64,000 nucleotides of DNA from Eledone cirrhosa (taxonomy: Eukaryota): the NCBI GenBank assembly GCA_964016885.1, contig OZ024752.1, forward strand, positions 18,104,001 to 18,168,000, given 5' to 3'. Both the position numbers and the translations under genes were made by a program. The notes beneath the pieces are model-generated. The model was not told where the DNA came from. It did no database searches and saw only the letters and a list, made by a program, of their open reading frames with translations. How positions within the stretch are numbered: the first letter of the stretch is position 1; each line of letters opens with the position of its first letter. This document shows positions 61,346-64,000 of this stretch, one piece after another.

Positions 61346-64000
61346 TAGCACAAATAATTGAGACAAGACAAATCTGAAAATATCTGATCTCAAATGAGAC
61401 TTGATCAACTCACAAAAAGAGATATTGTATTGTAAATGCAATCAATCAAATGGAATTCCAATGAATAAAACCAGTACAAAGCACATCAATACTAAGTGAA
61501 GAGTGGAGAGGTTTCCTTTCAGCCTGCTGTGGATGGGACTGGCTGACAAACAAACTGAGTTAACAGAATAGACCCTTTGGTCTTGTCAAAAACCTGACAA
61601 CCTCACTAGTGCTGGTGTCATGATAAAATGCACACAGTACACTCTGTAAAATAATAGCCATTAGAAAGGGCATCAAGCTGTAAAAACCTTGCCAGAATAT
61701 GGAGTGTATGAACAAGATGTGGCTCTTTGACCTTGTTTTATCTCAGACAGTGACAGCCCATCTAATTTACATTTAAGTTCAAAGTAATGTTTTTTTTATA
61801 ATTTAAAAAAAAGTAACAGCAACAAAAACATGATCAGAATTGTTTATTAAAAAATTTCACCACAATTCTTGGAAATGTGGACAGTTTTCATTTAATTAAT
61901 GAAAGCACAACAAATAAATAGAAAAGAGCAAAATGCATTTTATTGCTTCCTTATAGAAGAAATACATATTAAAAAAAAATGTTAGCAAGACCATTTATAA
62001 CAGAATGAATGGACAGAGACAGTCAAAACTGTATGAAAGACTACACTGCATAGTGTGCTATTCTAACCAGTGAATAATCAAGAACAGCAACAAGAGCAGT
62101 TGTCAGTTATAAAACCAGTGGAAAAACAGGAACAACCATCTGACACTACAGTGAGGAATAAGAGGAGGAGACAGTAGGTACCTATTTCACATACCTCTGG
62201 TTCTTTTAAGTAGAAATACCTATTTGAATAGCTGGTTTCAATCCTGGCATGGCTAAGATGTTGATTATCTTAATAACGACACTATTCTCTTTGTCAGGAG
62301 TATCTCAACTGGTTTACAGCAAAGGAAATAACACAGTTCAAATGGCGGTGGTGCTGTCACTTCACTACAAGAGAAAATAGAAGAAAATTCAAATAAGTAT
62401 CATCTATGAAAATTAACATAGACCATGTCAATACAATCAAAAGACAAACACCTTCACTGCACACCACACATTCTAGCATAAACAATAGTTCCTGTTCAAA
62501 TCAAAGATATCTTTTTGATTGACTGTTATGAATGATTGTTTCAAATTTACAAAAATGAAAAAAAATTATTTTATAGCCATTAAAGACTATAAAAACTCAA
62601 CTATAGATAAGACATAACTCCCATATATTTGCTCTCAGAATAAAAGAAATTGTGTGAATAATCTAATGAAGTGAATGTGAGAATATTTAAAATTTATATG
62701 ACTTACATTTGCAACATCTTTTGTTTAAAATATGGTACTAAACCAAAGTCGTCATAATAAAAAATTTATAAACATGAAGTTGCAAATCTTATTAATGGAG
62801 ATGAAAAATATGTGGTAAATATAACTTTGATGGAAATATTTTACTGATTTTCATAAACTATAGTAATGGGGATAAAAAAAAATGGGTTTGGTAAATACAG
62901 AAAAATCTACACCAACAGAAAATGTTTAATTGTGATTAAAAAGGGATGAAAAATAATTTTGAAAATAAAGAAGATTCTCTATCTAATTTGCTGATCTGCT
63001 TTCATTTAACTCTTCTAATGACTTTAATTAAATTCAAAAACTTCGTAAGTTATACTTCAAACATAATATGATTATGAAACAGTATTTCTCATTCAAATCT
63101 ACAAGAAACCCTTCATCTAATATATTAAAAAATGAAAAAAAAAAAGAAAAAAAAAAGAAAAAGAATTTTTGATATAAAAGAAAAGCTTTTTTTTTATTGT
63201 TTATTGTTTAGGGCCACTGAAAAAAATAAGTGATAAAAGTTTATATTTTACCCAAATATTCTAATTTAAAATTAGTCAATAATGATTCTTCAGTTTATCA
63301 GGATGAAGATATTTTCAGTTGGGGAAAAAAGAAAAAGAAAATGAATTTATTCTCAAATTAGTATTTAAATACAAATACCACCCCCAACTTTTTTTCATGA
63401 ACAGCCAGCTGTACTAACAAAAATTTCAACAGTAAGAATATACTTATTAAATTTTCTTAAAAAAATAAAAAAAAAAATTCTCCAAATGGTCTTGCCATAT
63501 AAGGCAACAATTGAAATGAGTTTCTTTGTTTAATAAAAACTCTTAGAAAAAAATGTTTAAATTAATCTGTAATTGGTGAGCAAAATTTCCAGTTGAGGAT
63601 ACAGATTGAATCGCGCTAAATGTGAAGGTACAGGGAAGGTGTCTGTATGTGCTGTCACCCCCACCCCCCAAACAGTCAGTCAGTCAATGTCTTAAACGCT
63701 TGGCCAGAGAAAGCTGCACTAACCTCTGTATGCTCATCAAATCCATACATGCAGTACTCACTCCCACGATCAGCAAACATTGAGTAGAAAGCTGGTAACA
63801 AGAGAATACCTTTAATACAAACCATCTAAAAGACATGATGGCCAGTGATGAACAACGACTAGTAATTCAGCTTTCATATCGGGAAATATTTTAACTACCT
63901 GCATTTAAATAGTTTTACTAACACCTGAGAACAATAAAAGGTGTGCAGAATATCATAAATGATAAATTCAACACATGCAAAATAACCTAATATTTTTTTA

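Overview
This is AT-rich, repeat-dense animal genomic DNA. The SINE families and the (GAT)n-tailed RTE LINEs resemble those of octopod cephalopods, but that assignment is an inference. The one convincing host gene is on the + strand and is split over about 32 kb. It has a small signal-peptide exon (24328-24389), a giant 7.2-kb exon (43657-50823) encoding about 146 tandem LPGTGQLM octapeptides, and a terminal exon (54741 to ~56519, with an apparent 1-nt frameshift). All junctions are phase 1, giving a predicted secreted protein of about 2,900-3,000 aa that I do not recognise. The rest is mostly mobile DNA. A decayed CRE-clade non-LTR element sits between two 5S rDNA units, and there are several RTE LINEs, two pairs of which are inverted. 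A full-length Ty3/Gypsy element has inserted into a ~410-bp near-perfect palindrome whose two arms each carry a minimal hammerhead ribozyme (Penelope-like). The window also holds a solo LTR, a non-autonomous Helitron, hAT-, mariner- and TTAA-type MITEs, tRNA-derived SINEs, and two long minisatellite arrays (32-bp and 47-bp units). There is no CRISPR array.
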